This document shows, in pieces, positions 1-8,911 of a stretch of 64,000 nt of DNA. Location: positions 29,853-93,852 of the forward strand of contig CAMTWA010000020.1 in assembly GCA_947085385.1 (NCBI GenBank), in the 5' to 3' direction. The number at the start of each line of letters is the position of its first letter. Positions within the stretch are counted from its first letter, which is position 1. Below the pieces are notes generated by a model. The model saw only the letters and a program-made list of their open reading frames with translations, ran no database searches and was not told the DNA's origin. A program made the position numbers and the translations under genes. The DNA is from an uncultured Gemmatimonadota bacterium. GTDB lineage: Bacteria > Gemmatimonadota > Gemmatimonadetes > Gemmatimonadales > Gemmatimonadaceae.

Positions 1-70
1 GATTGTAGCTTGTGCATAGCCAATGCGAACGTGGCATTGGCCATCGCGGCGGCTCGAGCCGCCTGCGGAC

Positions 71-103
71 AAGAGGACCGGCTTCCGGGAGCCGGTCCTT
101 CTT
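71..103 (+). terminator. GC-rich stem-loop followed by a T-rich run; putative intrinsic terminator of an off-window upstream gene
   Basis: aggaccggct / agccggtcct 10-bp stem with 6-nt loop, followed by cttcttgtgtct. Confidence 0.45.
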
Positions 104-115
104 GTGTCTGGGGCA

Positions 116-253
116 GAGAGACAACAGAGAGACAACTGATAAACAACAGAGAAACAACAGCTGGCGAAACAGCGACCACGGCTCGCACGGCTGGGCCATC
201 CGACCGCTCGCTGCTGTCTGGCTGTTGTCTCTCTGTTGTCTCTCTGTTGTTTT
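116..253. repeat. Inverted pair of 11-nt tandem-repeat arrays (unit GAGAGACAACA) around a ~50-nt spacer
   Basis: Four units at 116-159 (gagagacaaca, gagagacaact, gataaacaaca, gagaaacaaca). About 3.5 reverse-complement units (tgttgtctctc) at 212-253. Confidence 0.85.
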
Positions 254-282
254 TCCGCGCAGTTCTTTATGTTTCAAAGCTG

Positions 283-882
283 ATGCCCCGTCCCACCTCC
301 CGCCCACCGGCCGTGCTGGCTGACCGCGCCGCCGACCAACTCGCATTCATTCGCGACACGATGATGCGCGCCGGGCGCTTCACGGCCGTCTCGGGGGCTG
401 GTACCATCGGTGCCGGCCTGATCGGCAGTCTTGCCGCGGTGGTGGCCCCCCGCGCGTCGTCTCAGGAACAGTGGCTTGCGGTCTGGCTAGTGGCGGCGAT
501 GCTTGCCGTGGCCGTGTCGCTGGGCGCGATGGCGCGCAAGGCGAACCGCTCGGGCCAGTCGCTGCGTGCAGGCCCGGCACGGACGTTCGCCCTCGCGTTC
601 TCACCGCCTCTCGGAGCCGGCGCGCTGCTGACCGCAGCGCTCGTGAGCGCCGGCGCATGGCAGCTTCTGCCTGGCACATGGCTGGTCTGCTATGGCGCCG
701 CCGTCGTATCGGGCGGGGCGTTCTCAGTACGGACCGTACCGGTATTCGGCTCCGTGCTCGTCGTGCTCGGCGCGGCTGCCCTGATGCTGCCGGTGGCGAC
801 GCACGCGTGGTTGCTCGGTGCCGGCTTCGGCGGGGCGCACGTGATCTTCGGCTTTCTGATCGCGAGGTACCACGGTGGCTAA
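283..882 (+). CDS. Integral membrane protein of unknown function
   Basis: ORF 10..882 trimmed to the ATG at 283, because the upstream part runs through the non-coding 11-mer arrays. The product is hydrophobic with several predicted TM segments. It overlaps the downstream regulator gene by 8 nt. Confidence 0.6.
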   Translation: MPRPTSRPPAVLADRAADQLAFIRDTMMRAGRFTAVSGAGTIGAGLIGSLAAVVAPRASSQEQWLAVWLVAAMLAVAVSLGAMARKANRSGQSLRAGPARTFALAFSPPLGAGALLTAALVSAGAWQLLPGTWLVCYGAAVVSGGAFSVRTVPVFGSVLVVLGAAALMLPVATHAWLLGAGFGGAHVIFGFLIARYHGG

Positions 883-1264
883 GGGATCCTCTTCCGCCGC
901 GAAACGCGGCGATCGCAAGCCGGCGTCGGCAGCACCGGCGTTGGCCCCCGTGCTCGGCGGCGAATCCGTGCCGGCCGCGCTCGACAAGCTCATCCACGAC
1001 CGGGTACGGCTGGGGATCATCAGCGCGCTCGCCGTGAACGATCGCCTCAGCTTCACCGACCTGCGCGACCTGCTGGCGCTCACCGACGGCAACCTGAGCG
1101 TGCACGCGCGCAAGCTCGAGGACGGAGGCTACGTCAGCTGCACGAAAGGGTACGACGGCCGAGTGCCCAGGAGCGAGTTCCGCCTGACGGCAGCCGGCAA
1201 GCGCGCCCTGGAGCGCTACCTCGGGCACATGGAGGCGCTCATCGAGGCAACGAGGGGGCGGTGA
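875..1264 (+). CDS. Winged-helix transcriptional regulator (ArsR/MarR-like HTH)
   Basis: Segment LDKLIHDRVRLGIISALAVNDRLSFTDLRDLLALTDGNLSVHARKLEDGGYV is a typical wHTH recognition region. High GC3. Confidence 0.7.
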   Translation: MAKGSSSAAKRGDRKPASAAPALAPVLGGESVPAALDKLIHDRVRLGIISALAVNDRLSFTDLRDLLALTDGNLSVHARKLEDGGYVSCTKGYDGRVPRSEFRLTAAGKRALERYLGHMEALIEATRGR

Positions 1265-1292
1265 GGGAGAGTACGCGGTCGCCTTCTGCCTC

Positions 1293-2579
1293 CTACGACT
1301 GCCGAATCCAGCGCGCCAGCTCCCGCATCGTCGGCCGCTTGCCGTACATGAGCAGGCCCACCCGATAGATGCGCGCCGATAGCCAGACGCAGAGGGCACA
1401 CGTCACGGCAACCCCGGTCAACGAGCCCGCCAGTTCGTACCACGGTATCGAGATAGCGCTCATGCGCATGGGCATCATGATCGGTGCCGAGAAGGGGACC
1501 CAGCTCACGATCTCGGCCAGGCGGCTCGTCGGATTCATCATCACGGGCTGCGCGAAGATGATACTGAAGACGAGAAGCATGATGATCGGCTGCGCCGCCT
1601 GATTGGCGTCCTCCTGGCTCGACACCATCGCGCCGACTGCCGCGAATAGCGCGGCATACAGGCCGTATCCAAAGATGAAGAAGAGCACCAGTGCCACGAT
1701 GAGCGAGGGCGGCACGGCCGGCAGTGGCAGGTTCGGCATCGCCGGCATCCCGAACGTCGCGAAGATCTGTGCCCGGAATTGGTAGAGCGCCGCGGCGCTT
1801 CCCAGCCAGACCGCCTGCTGCAAGAGGCCCACTGCGCCTACGCCGATCACCTTGCCGGCGAGCAGCACGTCCGTGGACACCGACGACACGATGACCTCAG
1901 CCACGCGCGTCGTTTTCTCCTCGAGCACGCCGCGCAGGATGTTCTGGCCGTACAGCACGATCATCATGTACAGCAGGAACGCGATCAGGAACCCGAAGAT
2001 CGCGCTTCCGATGCCCGAGCCGCCCCGCCCCTTGTCGGTGATGCGCTCGGCGCTCATGTCCACCTTCACGCGAGTGAGCGCCTCCACCCGCTTGGGATCA
2101 AGCCCCTCGCGCTCGAGGCGCTGTCCGAGCATGGCCGATCGCAAGGCGCTCCGGATGATCTCGAGTTCGTTGAGTGACGAAGCGTTGCGCCCGGCGTATG
2201 ACGCCTTCTGCTCCTGAATGGTGAGCGAATCCAGCACCAGGTAGCCGCGGCGCGTCTTCGCCATCACGTCCTTGGTGGCGAGCGATTCAGCGGCGGCCAC
2301 TTCGTCCGGCGTGACGACCACAACCTGCGTGGCAGCGGCATCGCCCATCGGGCCGCCGTTCAGGCGGGTCGCCACGCGGTCGCCCAACCCGGTACCAGTG
2401 GCGTCAATGATGCGGATGTCGGCGACCCGCACGTCCTTCATGCCGCGCACCGACAGATAGGCCGGTAGCACCATGATGACGCCGAAGAAGACCGGGCCGA
2501 AGATGGTGACGATGATGAACCACTTGGTGCGCACGCGCTCGAGGAACTCGCGCTTGATGACGGTCCAGAGCTTAGCCAT
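1293..2579 (-). CDS. ABC-2 type transporter permease (NatB-like)
   Basis: 428 aa with an N-terminal TM, a large extracytoplasmic loop and five C-terminal TM segments. Overlaps the upstream ATPase gene. Confidence 0.8.
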   Translation of the reverse strand: MAKLWTVIKREFLERVRTKWFIIVTIFGPVFFGVIMVLPAYLSVRGMKDVRVADIRIIDATGTGLGDRVATRLNGGPMGDAAATQVVVVTPDEVAAAESLATKDVMAKTRRGYLVLDSLTIQEQKASYAGRNASSLNELEIIRSALRSAMLGQRLEREGLDPKRVEALTRVKVDMSAERITDKGRGGSGIGSAIFGFLIAFLLYMMIVLYGQNILRGVLEEKTTRVAEVIVSSVSTDVLLAGKVIGVGAVGLLQQAVWLGSAAALYQFRAQIFATFGMPAMPNLPLPAVPPSLIVALVLFFIFGYGLYAALFAAVGAMVSSQEDANQAAQPIIMLLVFSIIFAQPVMMNPTSRLAEIVSWVPFSAPIMMPMRMSAISIPWYELAGSLTGVAVTCALCVWLSARIYRVGLLMYGKRPTMRELARWIRQS

Positions 2580-3537
2580 GGCCTGACATTCCCTCCTCCA
2601 CGCCGGACGCGCCGACCCGGTCGAGGAAGATCTGATGGAGCGACGGCTGAATCAATTCGAAGCGCTGCACCTGGGCGCCGGCGCCGACGAGGCGCTGCAG
2701 CAGCAGTTGCGGATTCCCGCCCACCGTCATCTCGATCTCGAAGTAGCGGTTGTTGTCGTCCATCTTGAGCACGAGCGTGCGGTCGGCGAGGATGGCCGAG
2801 ACGTCGTCGTTCGGCGCGCCGGCCAGCGAGAGCGCCACGTTGAGCGTGTGGTGCTCCGACTTCACGCCGGCGACCGTGCCGTCCAGCACCTTCTCGCCGC
2901 GGGCGATGATGCACACCGAGTCGCACAGGCGCTCGGCGTTGTCCATCAGGTGGGTGGAGAAGACCACCGTCCTGTCGCGACGCTTGAGGTCCACCACGAC
3001 GTCCTTGAGCGCCTGCGCGTTGATCGGGTCGAGGCCGCTGAACGGCTCGTCGAGGATGACAACCTCGGGGTCGTGCAGCAGCGTACCGATGAACTGGACC
3101 TTCTGCTGCATGCCGCGGGAGAGCTCGTCAACCTTCGCATTCCCCCAGTCCTTCTCTGGGCTCTTCAGGGACAGGCGTTCGAGCCACTCGGTGATGCGGC
3201 GGTCGGCCGTCTTGCCGTCCACGCCCTTGAGTTCGGCGAGGAAGCGCAGGAGGCGGCGCACCTGCATCTTCTTGTACAGCCCACGCTCTTCGGGCAGGTA
3301 GCCGAGGCGGTCGAGCAGGCCGGGTGACGTATTAGGGGCACCGAGTATTGTGATCGATCCCGCGTCGGGAGCGATCACGTTGAGGATCATCCGGATGGTT
3401 GTGGTCTTGCCGGCGCCATTCGGCCCCAGCAGGCCGTACACCGACCCGCGCGGCACGGCGAGCGAAAGCTCGCGTACCGCGACGTGCTCGGCGAACCGCT
3501 TGGTGATCCCCCGGAGTTCGAGGGCGAGTGCAGGCAT
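2572..3537 (-). CDS. ABC transporter ATP-binding protein (NatA-like)
   Basis: Walker A GPNGAGKTT, signature LSRGMQQK, Walker B VVILDEPFSGLD. Confidence 0.9.
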   Translation of the reverse strand: MPALALELRGITKRFAEHVAVRELSLAVPRGSVYGLLGPNGAGKTTTIRMILNVIAPDAGSITILGAPNTSPGLLDRLGYLPEERGLYKKMQVRRLLRFLAELKGVDGKTADRRITEWLERLSLKSPEKDWGNAKVDELSRGMQQKVQFIGTLLHDPEVVILDEPFSGLDPINAQALKDVVVDLKRRDRTVVFSTHLMDNAERLCDSVCIIARGEKVLDGTVAGVKSEHHTLNVALSLAGAPNDDVSAILADRTLVLKMDDNNRYFEIEMTVGGNPQLLLQRLVGAGAQVQRFELIQPSLHQIFLDRVGASGVEEGMSGHG

Positions 3538-3654
3538 AGGTCCTGACGTTTAGGTTCGAACGAATATATGACTTCGACTGCCGGGTGCAGGGTATGGAAA
3601 GGAGAGGGGCAGCCGCGCCTTGAGACCACTACGCAATTAGGTGACACTACGCTC

Positions 3655-4587
3655 ATGCTGCATCTTTTGATTCTCGGCTTTGCGATGGTCGTGGCCGCGT
3701 GCGGACCACGCGCCGACCAGGCGGCCACCGCGAAGGTGCTGGTGGCCTTCAATGCCGGCTCGCTGGCGCGCCCCATGCGAGCGGCGCTCGACTCGTTCGC
3801 CGCCCGGGAGGGTGTGCGGGTGGAGCAGGAGAGCGCCGGGTCGCTTGAAACGGCGCGCAAGCTCACCGAACTCGGCAACGTGCCCGATGTCATAGCGCTG
3901 GCCGACGAGGAAGTGTTCCCGCAGCTGCTCATGCCGGAGCATGTCTCGTGGTACGTGCGTTTTGCCCACAACCGGATGGTGCTTGCCCATACGTCCCGGT
4001 CGCGCGGGGCCGACGGCATCACGGGCGACAACTGGTGGCAGGTGCTGCTGCGCGATGGCGTCGAGACCGGGCGCAGCGACCCCCAGCTCGATCCAAACGG
4101 CTATCGCACGCTGCTCGTGCTGCAGCTTGCGGAGCGGCACTACGCACAGCCCGGGCTCGCCAAGCGGTTGCTGCAGGCCATGCCCGCGCGCAACGTGCGG
4201 CCCAAGGAAGCCGACCTCGTCGGCCTCCTGCAGGCCGGCGAGTTCGACTACATCTGGTCGTACGAGTCCATGGCCATCAACCTGGGGCTGAACTTCGTGC
4301 GGTTCCCCGATGCCATTGACCTGTCATCCCCGGCCGATTCGGCGTTCTACGCAACAGCCAGCGTCCGGGTGCGCGGCAAGGGGACCGACTCGGTGGAGTT
4401 CCGCGGACGCCCGATCGTCTACGCGCTCTCCGTGCCGCATACAGCGCCGCACCGGGACATTGCGGAGCGCTTCGTGCGGTACCTCCTCTCGCCGGATGGC
4501 CGGCGCGTGCTCCGGGGACAGGGACTCGATGCACTCGACAGGCCGGACGTGATAGGGACAGGCGCCCCGGCGGGACTGGTGCCATGA
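3655..4587 (+). CDS. Molybdate/tungstate-type ABC substrate-binding lipoprotein (ModA/WtpA-like)
   Basis: Lipobox LILGFAMVVAAC. PBP2-fold sequence resembling the ModA/WtpA family. Followed by a permease and a TOBE-domain ATPase. Start trimmed from 3568 to the Met before the signal peptide. Confidence 0.7.
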   Translation: MLHLLILGFAMVVAACGPRADQAATAKVLVAFNAGSLARPMRAALDSFAAREGVRVEQESAGSLETARKLTELGNVPDVIALADEEVFPQLLMPEHVSWYVRFAHNRMVLAHTSRSRGADGITGDNWWQVLLRDGVETGRSDPQLDPNGYRTLLVLQLAERHYAQPGLAKRLLQAMPARNVRPKEADLVGLLQAGEFDYIWSYESMAINLGLNFVRFPDAIDLSSPADSAFYATASVRVRGKGTDSVEFRGRPIVYALSVPHTAPHRDIAERFVRYLLSPDGRRVLRGQGLDALDRPDVIGTGAPAGLVP

Positions 4588-5408
4588 CATCATCGGCGGC
4601 AGCGGCTCCGCTCCCCGCACGGGGGATGCAACGGGTCATCGCGGTGCTGGCCGCGCTCGCCAGTTCGCTCCTGCTGCTTTTCCTCGCCGTTCCGATCGGC
4701 CAGTTGATCGGGGCAGGCGGCGCCGATGGCCTCCGGCAGTTGGCGAGCGACGCGGAACTGCGGAACGCGCTCTCGCTGACGGCGATCACCGCCACGGCTG
4801 CGACACTCCTCGGCGTACTCGGCGGCACGCCGCTTGCTTACCTGCTGGCACGACGCGACTTCCGCGGACGGGCCGTGCTGTCTGCGGTTCTCGACCTGCC
4901 GCTGCTGATCCCGCATCCCGTGGCCGGCATCGCCCTGCTGCTGGTGCTGGGGCGCGAGTCGGCGGTGGGCGGGGCCATGCTTGCCGCCGGGCTCCGCGTG
5001 GTCGGCACGCCCGTGGGCATTGTCGCGGCGATGCTCTTCGTGGCGGCACCGCTCTTCATCAGCGGCGCGCGCGAAGCCTTCGCGCGCGTGGATCCCCGCT
5101 TCGAGGCGGTGGCTCGAACACTCGGCGATCCGCCGATGCGTGCCTTCCTGCGCATCACGCTGCCGCTGTCGCAGCGCGGGCTCATTGCCTCGGCGGTGGT
5201 GATGTGGGCGCGCGCGGTCAGCGAATTTGGCGCCATCGTGGTGCTGACGTACAACCCGAAAGTGGCGAGCGTGCTGAGCTACGACCGCTTCACCAGCTTC
5301 GGATTGCGCGAAGCGCTCCCGGTGGCGGCGGTGCTCGCCGTCCTTGCGCTGATTCCGCTCACCGCCCTGCGCACGCTGCGCGGCGCCGACGACGGAGCGA
5401 CGCGATGA
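4584..5408 (+). CDS. ABC transporter permease (ModB/CysTW family)
   Basis: BPD_transp_1-type EAA loop FEAVARTLGDPPMRAFLRITLP. Start and stop overlap the neighbouring genes. Confidence 0.8.
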   Translation: MTSSAAAAPLPARGMQRVIAVLAALASSLLLLFLAVPIGQLIGAGGADGLRQLASDAELRNALSLTAITATAATLLGVLGGTPLAYLLARRDFRGRAVLSAVLDLPLLIPHPVAGIALLLVLGRESAVGGAMLAAGLRVVGTPVGIVAAMLFVAAPLFISGAREAFARVDPRFEAVARTLGDPPMRAFLRITLPLSQRGLIASAVVMWARAVSEFGAIVVLTYNPKVASVLSYDRFTSFGLREALPVAAVLAVLALIPLTALRTLRGADDGATR

Positions 5409-6484
5409 TCGAATGCCGGGCCCTCGGCGCGCGTCACGGGAGCTTTCAGCTCGCCGACGTGTCGTTTGCCGTCCCCACCGGGCAGTACGGGGTCGTGATC
5501 GGCCCTGCCGGATCGGGCAAGACGACGCTGCTCGAAACCATCGCCGGAGTGGTGCCCGCGGCGTCGGGCCAGTTGTGGTTGCACGGGCGCGATTGCACCG
5601 CGCTGGCGCCCGAAGCGCGCGGCCTCTCGCTCGTCTACCAGCATGCGTATCTCTTTCCCCACCTGAGCGTGGCAGCGAATATCGCATACGGCGCCGCGTC
5701 ACCGACGATCGCGGAAGAAGTGTCGCGCCGGTTTGGCGCCGACGCGTTGACCGGGCGTCCGGTGCGCGCGCTCTCTGGCGGCGAACGGCAACTCGTGGCC
5801 TTGGCGCGCGCCTTCGCCCGTCGTCCGGCGGTGGTCCTGCTCGACGAACCGTTCAGCGCACTCGACCCACGGCGCCGCACGATCGTTCGCCGCGAGGTGC
5901 GGGCGTTGCACCGCGAGTGGGGCGTGACGACCCTGCAGGTCACGCACGACTTCACCGAGGCCGGCCTGCTGGGCGACGTAGCGATCCTGCTCGATAGCGG
6001 ACGCGCGCTGCAGTCCGGCGCCCCGGACGAGGTCTTCCGCCGGCCGGCGTCGCCATATATCGCGGAGTTCCTGGGCGCCGAGAATGTGCTGGCTGGGACG
6101 GTGCGTGTACTCGATGAACGGGCGCCCGATTGGTTGGAGGGCGATCCGGCGCCCATCGCGCACGGGTACCGCGCTATAGAGGTGACGGCCGGCCTGCTGA
6201 CCCTCTACACGATAGGGGATTTTCCGGCGGGCGAGGGCTACGCCGTTATCCGCGCCGAGGAAATCGTGCTGTCGCTCGAGCCACCGACCGGCTCCGCGCG
6301 CAACCGATTCCGCGGTACTGTGTCGGAGCTGGCCACGCTTGGCGCGCTGACGCGCGTGACCGTGGACGTGGACGGCCTGCCGCTTGTGGCATCGCTCACG
6401 ACACGATCGGCCAAGGAGCTGGCGCTCACCGTCGGCACGCCAGTAACGGCATCGTTCAAGGCGATGGCCGTCCACCTGTGCTAA
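5405..6484 (+). CDS. ABC transporter ATP-binding protein with C-terminal TOBE domain (ModC-like)
   Basis: Walker A GPAGSGKTT, signature LSGGERQ, Walker B VVLLDEPFSALD, C-terminal TOBE-like RNRFRGTVSE...ASFKA. Start at the ATGA overlap with the permease. Confidence 0.8.
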   Translation: MIECRALGARHGSFQLADVSFAVPTGQYGVVIGPAGSGKTTLLETIAGVVPAASGQLWLHGRDCTALAPEARGLSLVYQHAYLFPHLSVAANIAYGAASPTIAEEVSRRFGADALTGRPVRALSGGERQLVALARAFARRPAVVLLDEPFSALDPRRRTIVRREVRALHREWGVTTLQVTHDFTEAGLLGDVAILLDSGRALQSGAPDEVFRRPASPYIAEFLGAENVLAGTVRVLDERAPDWLEGDPAPIAHGYRAIEVTAGLLTLYTIGDFPAGEGYAVIRAEEIVLSLEPPTGSARNRFRGTVSELATLGALTRVTVDVDGLPLVASLTTRSAKELALTVGTPVTASFKAMAVHLC

Positions 6485-6509
6485 GGTGCGCTCACCGTCG
6501 GCCGTCGTT

Positions 6510-6803
6510 CTACAGCGTATCCAGTCCCTCGCGCCCGATCACGGGATTCCACGGCAACAACTCGTAGTTGGCGAGCCCCTGCTGCCAGAACGGATCGCCG
6601 TCGCGCACGGCGTCGAGCGCTGCCGCTGGGTTATTGTCGGGGACGCGCAGCAGCAGCACGCCCCCGGTGCGCGGGACCACCGGCCCCGACACGAGCAGCG
6701 TGCCAGCGGCCTTGAGCTCACGCAGATAGGCACGGTGCGCCTCGGTCGCTGCCTCGATCGTTTCGATGGGCGCGCGGTAGCGCATTAGTATCAATGCGTA
6801 CAT
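6510..6803 (-). CDS. YciI family protein
   Basis: 97-aa product MYALILMRY...GGVLLLRVPD...DPFW typical of YciI-like proteins. ORF trimmed to the internal Met. Confidence 0.75.
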   Translation of the reverse strand: MYALILMRYRAPIETIEAATEAHRAYLRELKAAGTLLVSGPVVPRTGGVLLLRVPDNNPAAALDAVRDGDPFWQQGLANYELLPWNPVIGREGLDTL

Positions 6804-6810
6804 AAATGCA

Positions 6811-6841
6811 GATGGTAGATGGTAGACGGTAGACAGTAGAG
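6811..6841. repeat. Heptanucleotide tandem repeat (GATGGTA GATGGTA GACGGTA GACAGTA)
   Basis: Read directly in the 47-nt spacer between the ggt stop and the yciI-like start. Confidence 0.8.
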
Positions 6842-6850
6842 CTGTCGCCT

Positions 6851-8758
6851 TCACCACGCGATGCCGTAATCCTCGCCGTGGTTGGACGCCGCCCCCCACA
6901 TGGTCTTGTGCTTGCGGTCGAAGAGAATGGCGGTAATCGGCCCCGACGTGCGTTCCTCGTACTCCATCGTGTAGCCCATCCGCCGCAACTCGTTGCGCAC
7001 GTAGAACGGCAGCGACTCCGCGGCCAGCATGCGTCCCGGCCGGCTCTCGTGCTGGCCGAACGACGACCGCATCTGGAAGCTGTTGATGTTCGGCGCTTCC
7101 ACGGCTTCCTGCGGCGTCATGCCGAACTCGGTGATGTTCAGCAGGAACTGCAGGAGATTCTGGTCCTGCGAGTCGCCGCCCTGCACCGAGAAGGCGATGT
7201 ACGGGGCGCCATCCTTGAGCGCGAGCGACGGCGTCAGGGTCACGCGCGGACGCTTCCCGGGCTCAACGACGTTGAACGGGCCGTCCTCGGGTGCCGTCAC
7301 GAAGCTCTGCGCGCGCTGCGACAGCCCGACCCCCGTATTCCCGGCGATCACGGCCGGAATCCACCCGCCGGACGGCGTCACGGAGATCACCCAGCCTTCT
7401 TCATCGGCGGCTTGAATGGAGGTCGTACCCGCGTAGAACGCCGCCTTGAACGCTTCATCTGCCGTCTGCCCTCTGCCGTCTGCCATCTGCTCCGGCGGCA
7501 CCCGATCCTGCTGTCCGCTCCTCGGCAGGGTGGCCGCGGCCGGCAGTACCGTCCACGCGTCGAGCTGCGCCTTGATTGGGTTGGCGCGTCCCTCGAACGG
7601 ATACGGATCGCCGGGCTTCACGTTGGCGTCGTTCCTGGTCCAGTCGATCTGTGCATACCGCGCCTTGGCGTATTCCTTCGACAGGAGACCATTCATCGGC
7701 TGGTCTTTCGCGAATGCGGGATCTCCGTAGTAGAAGTCACGGTCGGCGAACGCCATGGACATCGCCTGATAGAGGGTGTGCAGGTAACGCGCGCTGTTAT
7801 ACCCCATGCCCTTCAGGTCGGCGTTCTCGACGATGTTCAGCGCCTGTAGCAGCGCCGGTCCCTGCTGCCACTGCTGCAGCTTGTACACCTCGACGCCCTT
7901 GTAGGTGGTCGAGAGCGGCTCCTCGATCTTCACCTTCCAGGTGGCCAGGTCCTGCTCGGTGAACAGGCCGCCCTCCTCGCGCACGCCGCGCACGATCTCC
8001 TTGGCGATGTCGCCCTTGTAGAACCGGTCGTACGCCGCATAGATGGCCTCTTTGCGGTTCTTCCCGGCCTTCAACGCCGCCTGCTCCGTTTCCACGAGCT
8101 TGCGCAGCGTGGCGGCCAGATCCTTCTGCACGAAGACCTCGCCAGCCTCGGGCGCTTCGCGCCGCTCGCCCAGGTGCGGCAGATAGACGGCCTTGGAGTA
8201 CTTCCACTGCTTGATGCGAGCCTTGTTGCTCTCCATCGAGTTGGCCGTCTGCGCCTCGATGGCGTAGCCGTCCGCCATCTGGATCGCCGGCGCCAGCACC
8301 TCCTTGAGCGACAGCCTGCCGTACTCGGCGAGCATCGTCATCAGCCCGCCGGGCGTTCCCGGCGTCACGGCAGCGAGCGGCCCGAACTCCGGCGGATACC
8401 GATACCCCTTGTCCCGGTAGAACTCCGCCGTCGCGCCTGTGGGAGCCACGCCCAGGGCGTTGATACCGATGACCTTCTTGAGCCCCGGATGGTAGATGAG
8501 CGCCTGCGTCTCGCCGCCCCAGCTGAGCACGTCCCACATGGTCGCGACGGAGCCAAGCATGGCGCACGCGGCGTCAATGGCGTTGCCGCCCTTGGTGAAC
8601 ATCATCGCCCCGGCGGTGGCCGCGAGTGGCTTGCCGGTGACCGCCATCCAGTGGCGTCCGTGCAGCGGCGGCTTGGCCGTGCGCTGCGCCAGCAGCGGGC
8701 TGGCGGATGCGATCAGGGCAAGAGTCAGGGCAAAGAGAGTCAGCGAGCGGTTACGCAT
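6851..8758 (-). CDS. ggt: Gamma-glutamyltransferase
   Basis: 635 aa with a signal peptide. GGT-family sequence with the autoprocessing/nucleophile motif AGTTSIQAAD and C-terminal GGDSQDQ. Confidence 0.9.
   Translation of the reverse strand: MRNRSLTLFALTLALIASASPLLAQRTAKPPLHGRHWMAVTGKPLAATAGAMMFTKGGNAIDAACAMLGSVATMWDVLSWGGETQALIYHPGLKKVIGINALGVAPTGATAEFYRDKGYRYPPEFGPLAAVTPGTPGGLMTMLAEYGRLSLKEVLAPAIQMADGYAIEAQTANSMESNKARIKQWKYSKAVYLPHLGERREAPEAGEVFVQKDLAATLRKLVETEQAALKAGKNRKEAIYAAYDRFYKGDIAKEIVRGVREEGGLFTEQDLATWKVKIEEPLSTTYKGVEVYKLQQWQQGPALLQALNIVENADLKGMGYNSARYLHTLYQAMSMAFADRDFYYGDPAFAKDQPMNGLLSKEYAKARYAQIDWTRNDANVKPGDPYPFEGRANPIKAQLDAWTVLPAAATLPRSGQQDRVPPEQMADGRGQTADEAFKAAFYAGTTSIQAADEEGWVISVTPSGGWIPAVIAGNTGVGLSQRAQSFVTAPEDGPFNVVEPGKRPRVTLTPSLALKDGAPYIAFSVQGGDSQDQNLLQFLLNITEFGMTPQEAVEAPNINSFQMRSSFGQHESRPGRMLAAESLPFYVRNELRRMGYTMEYEERTSGPITAILFDRKHKTMWGAASNHGEDYGIAW
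7457..7490 (-). repeat. Heptanucleotide tandem repeat inside the ggt CDS (GATGGCA GACGGCA GAGGGCA GACGGCA on the coding strand)
   Basis: Encodes MADGRGQTAD just upstream of the catalytic Thr. Same unit family as the intergenic heptamers. Confidence 0.8.
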
Positions 8759-8911
8759 CCGGGGAATCCTCGGTCAGGTACACCTCGAGCGGTCACGCGG
8801 CGTCTGCACGGCGCAGGCCGCAATCGTCACCAGCAATACTCTATCGGTGCAGCAATCGTTGGCTAGGGTGGCGGCTCGCGGGTGTTTGCCGACGAAGGTA
8901 GCTTCGTCCGC

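Noticed and set aside
12-323. ORFs translating the 11-mer arrays (12..323, 48517..49281, 49019..49396, 60217..61707, 60677..60988, 60773..60994) giving RETTERQQRDN-type peptides
   Set aside because: The repeat period is 11 nt, which is not a multiple of 3, so the same peptide motif appears in all frames. This is a nucleotide repeat, not a protein repeat. The exception is the last 12 codons of the hydrolase gene, which genuinely read into the array.
380-1399. 339-aa minus-strand ORF overlapping the membrane-protein and regulator genes
   Set aside because: Arg/Pro/Ala-rich shadow ORF typical of the antisense strand of GC-rich genes. The plus-strand genes have recognisable features and better third-position GC.
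3538-3654. tRNA-like GGTTCGAAC box and possible Moco riboswitch upstream of the molybdate/tungstate-type transporter
   Set aside because: The region is too short for a tRNA and has no acceptor or anticodon arms. I could not recognise the conserved Moco-motif stems. It is more simply a divergent promoter region.
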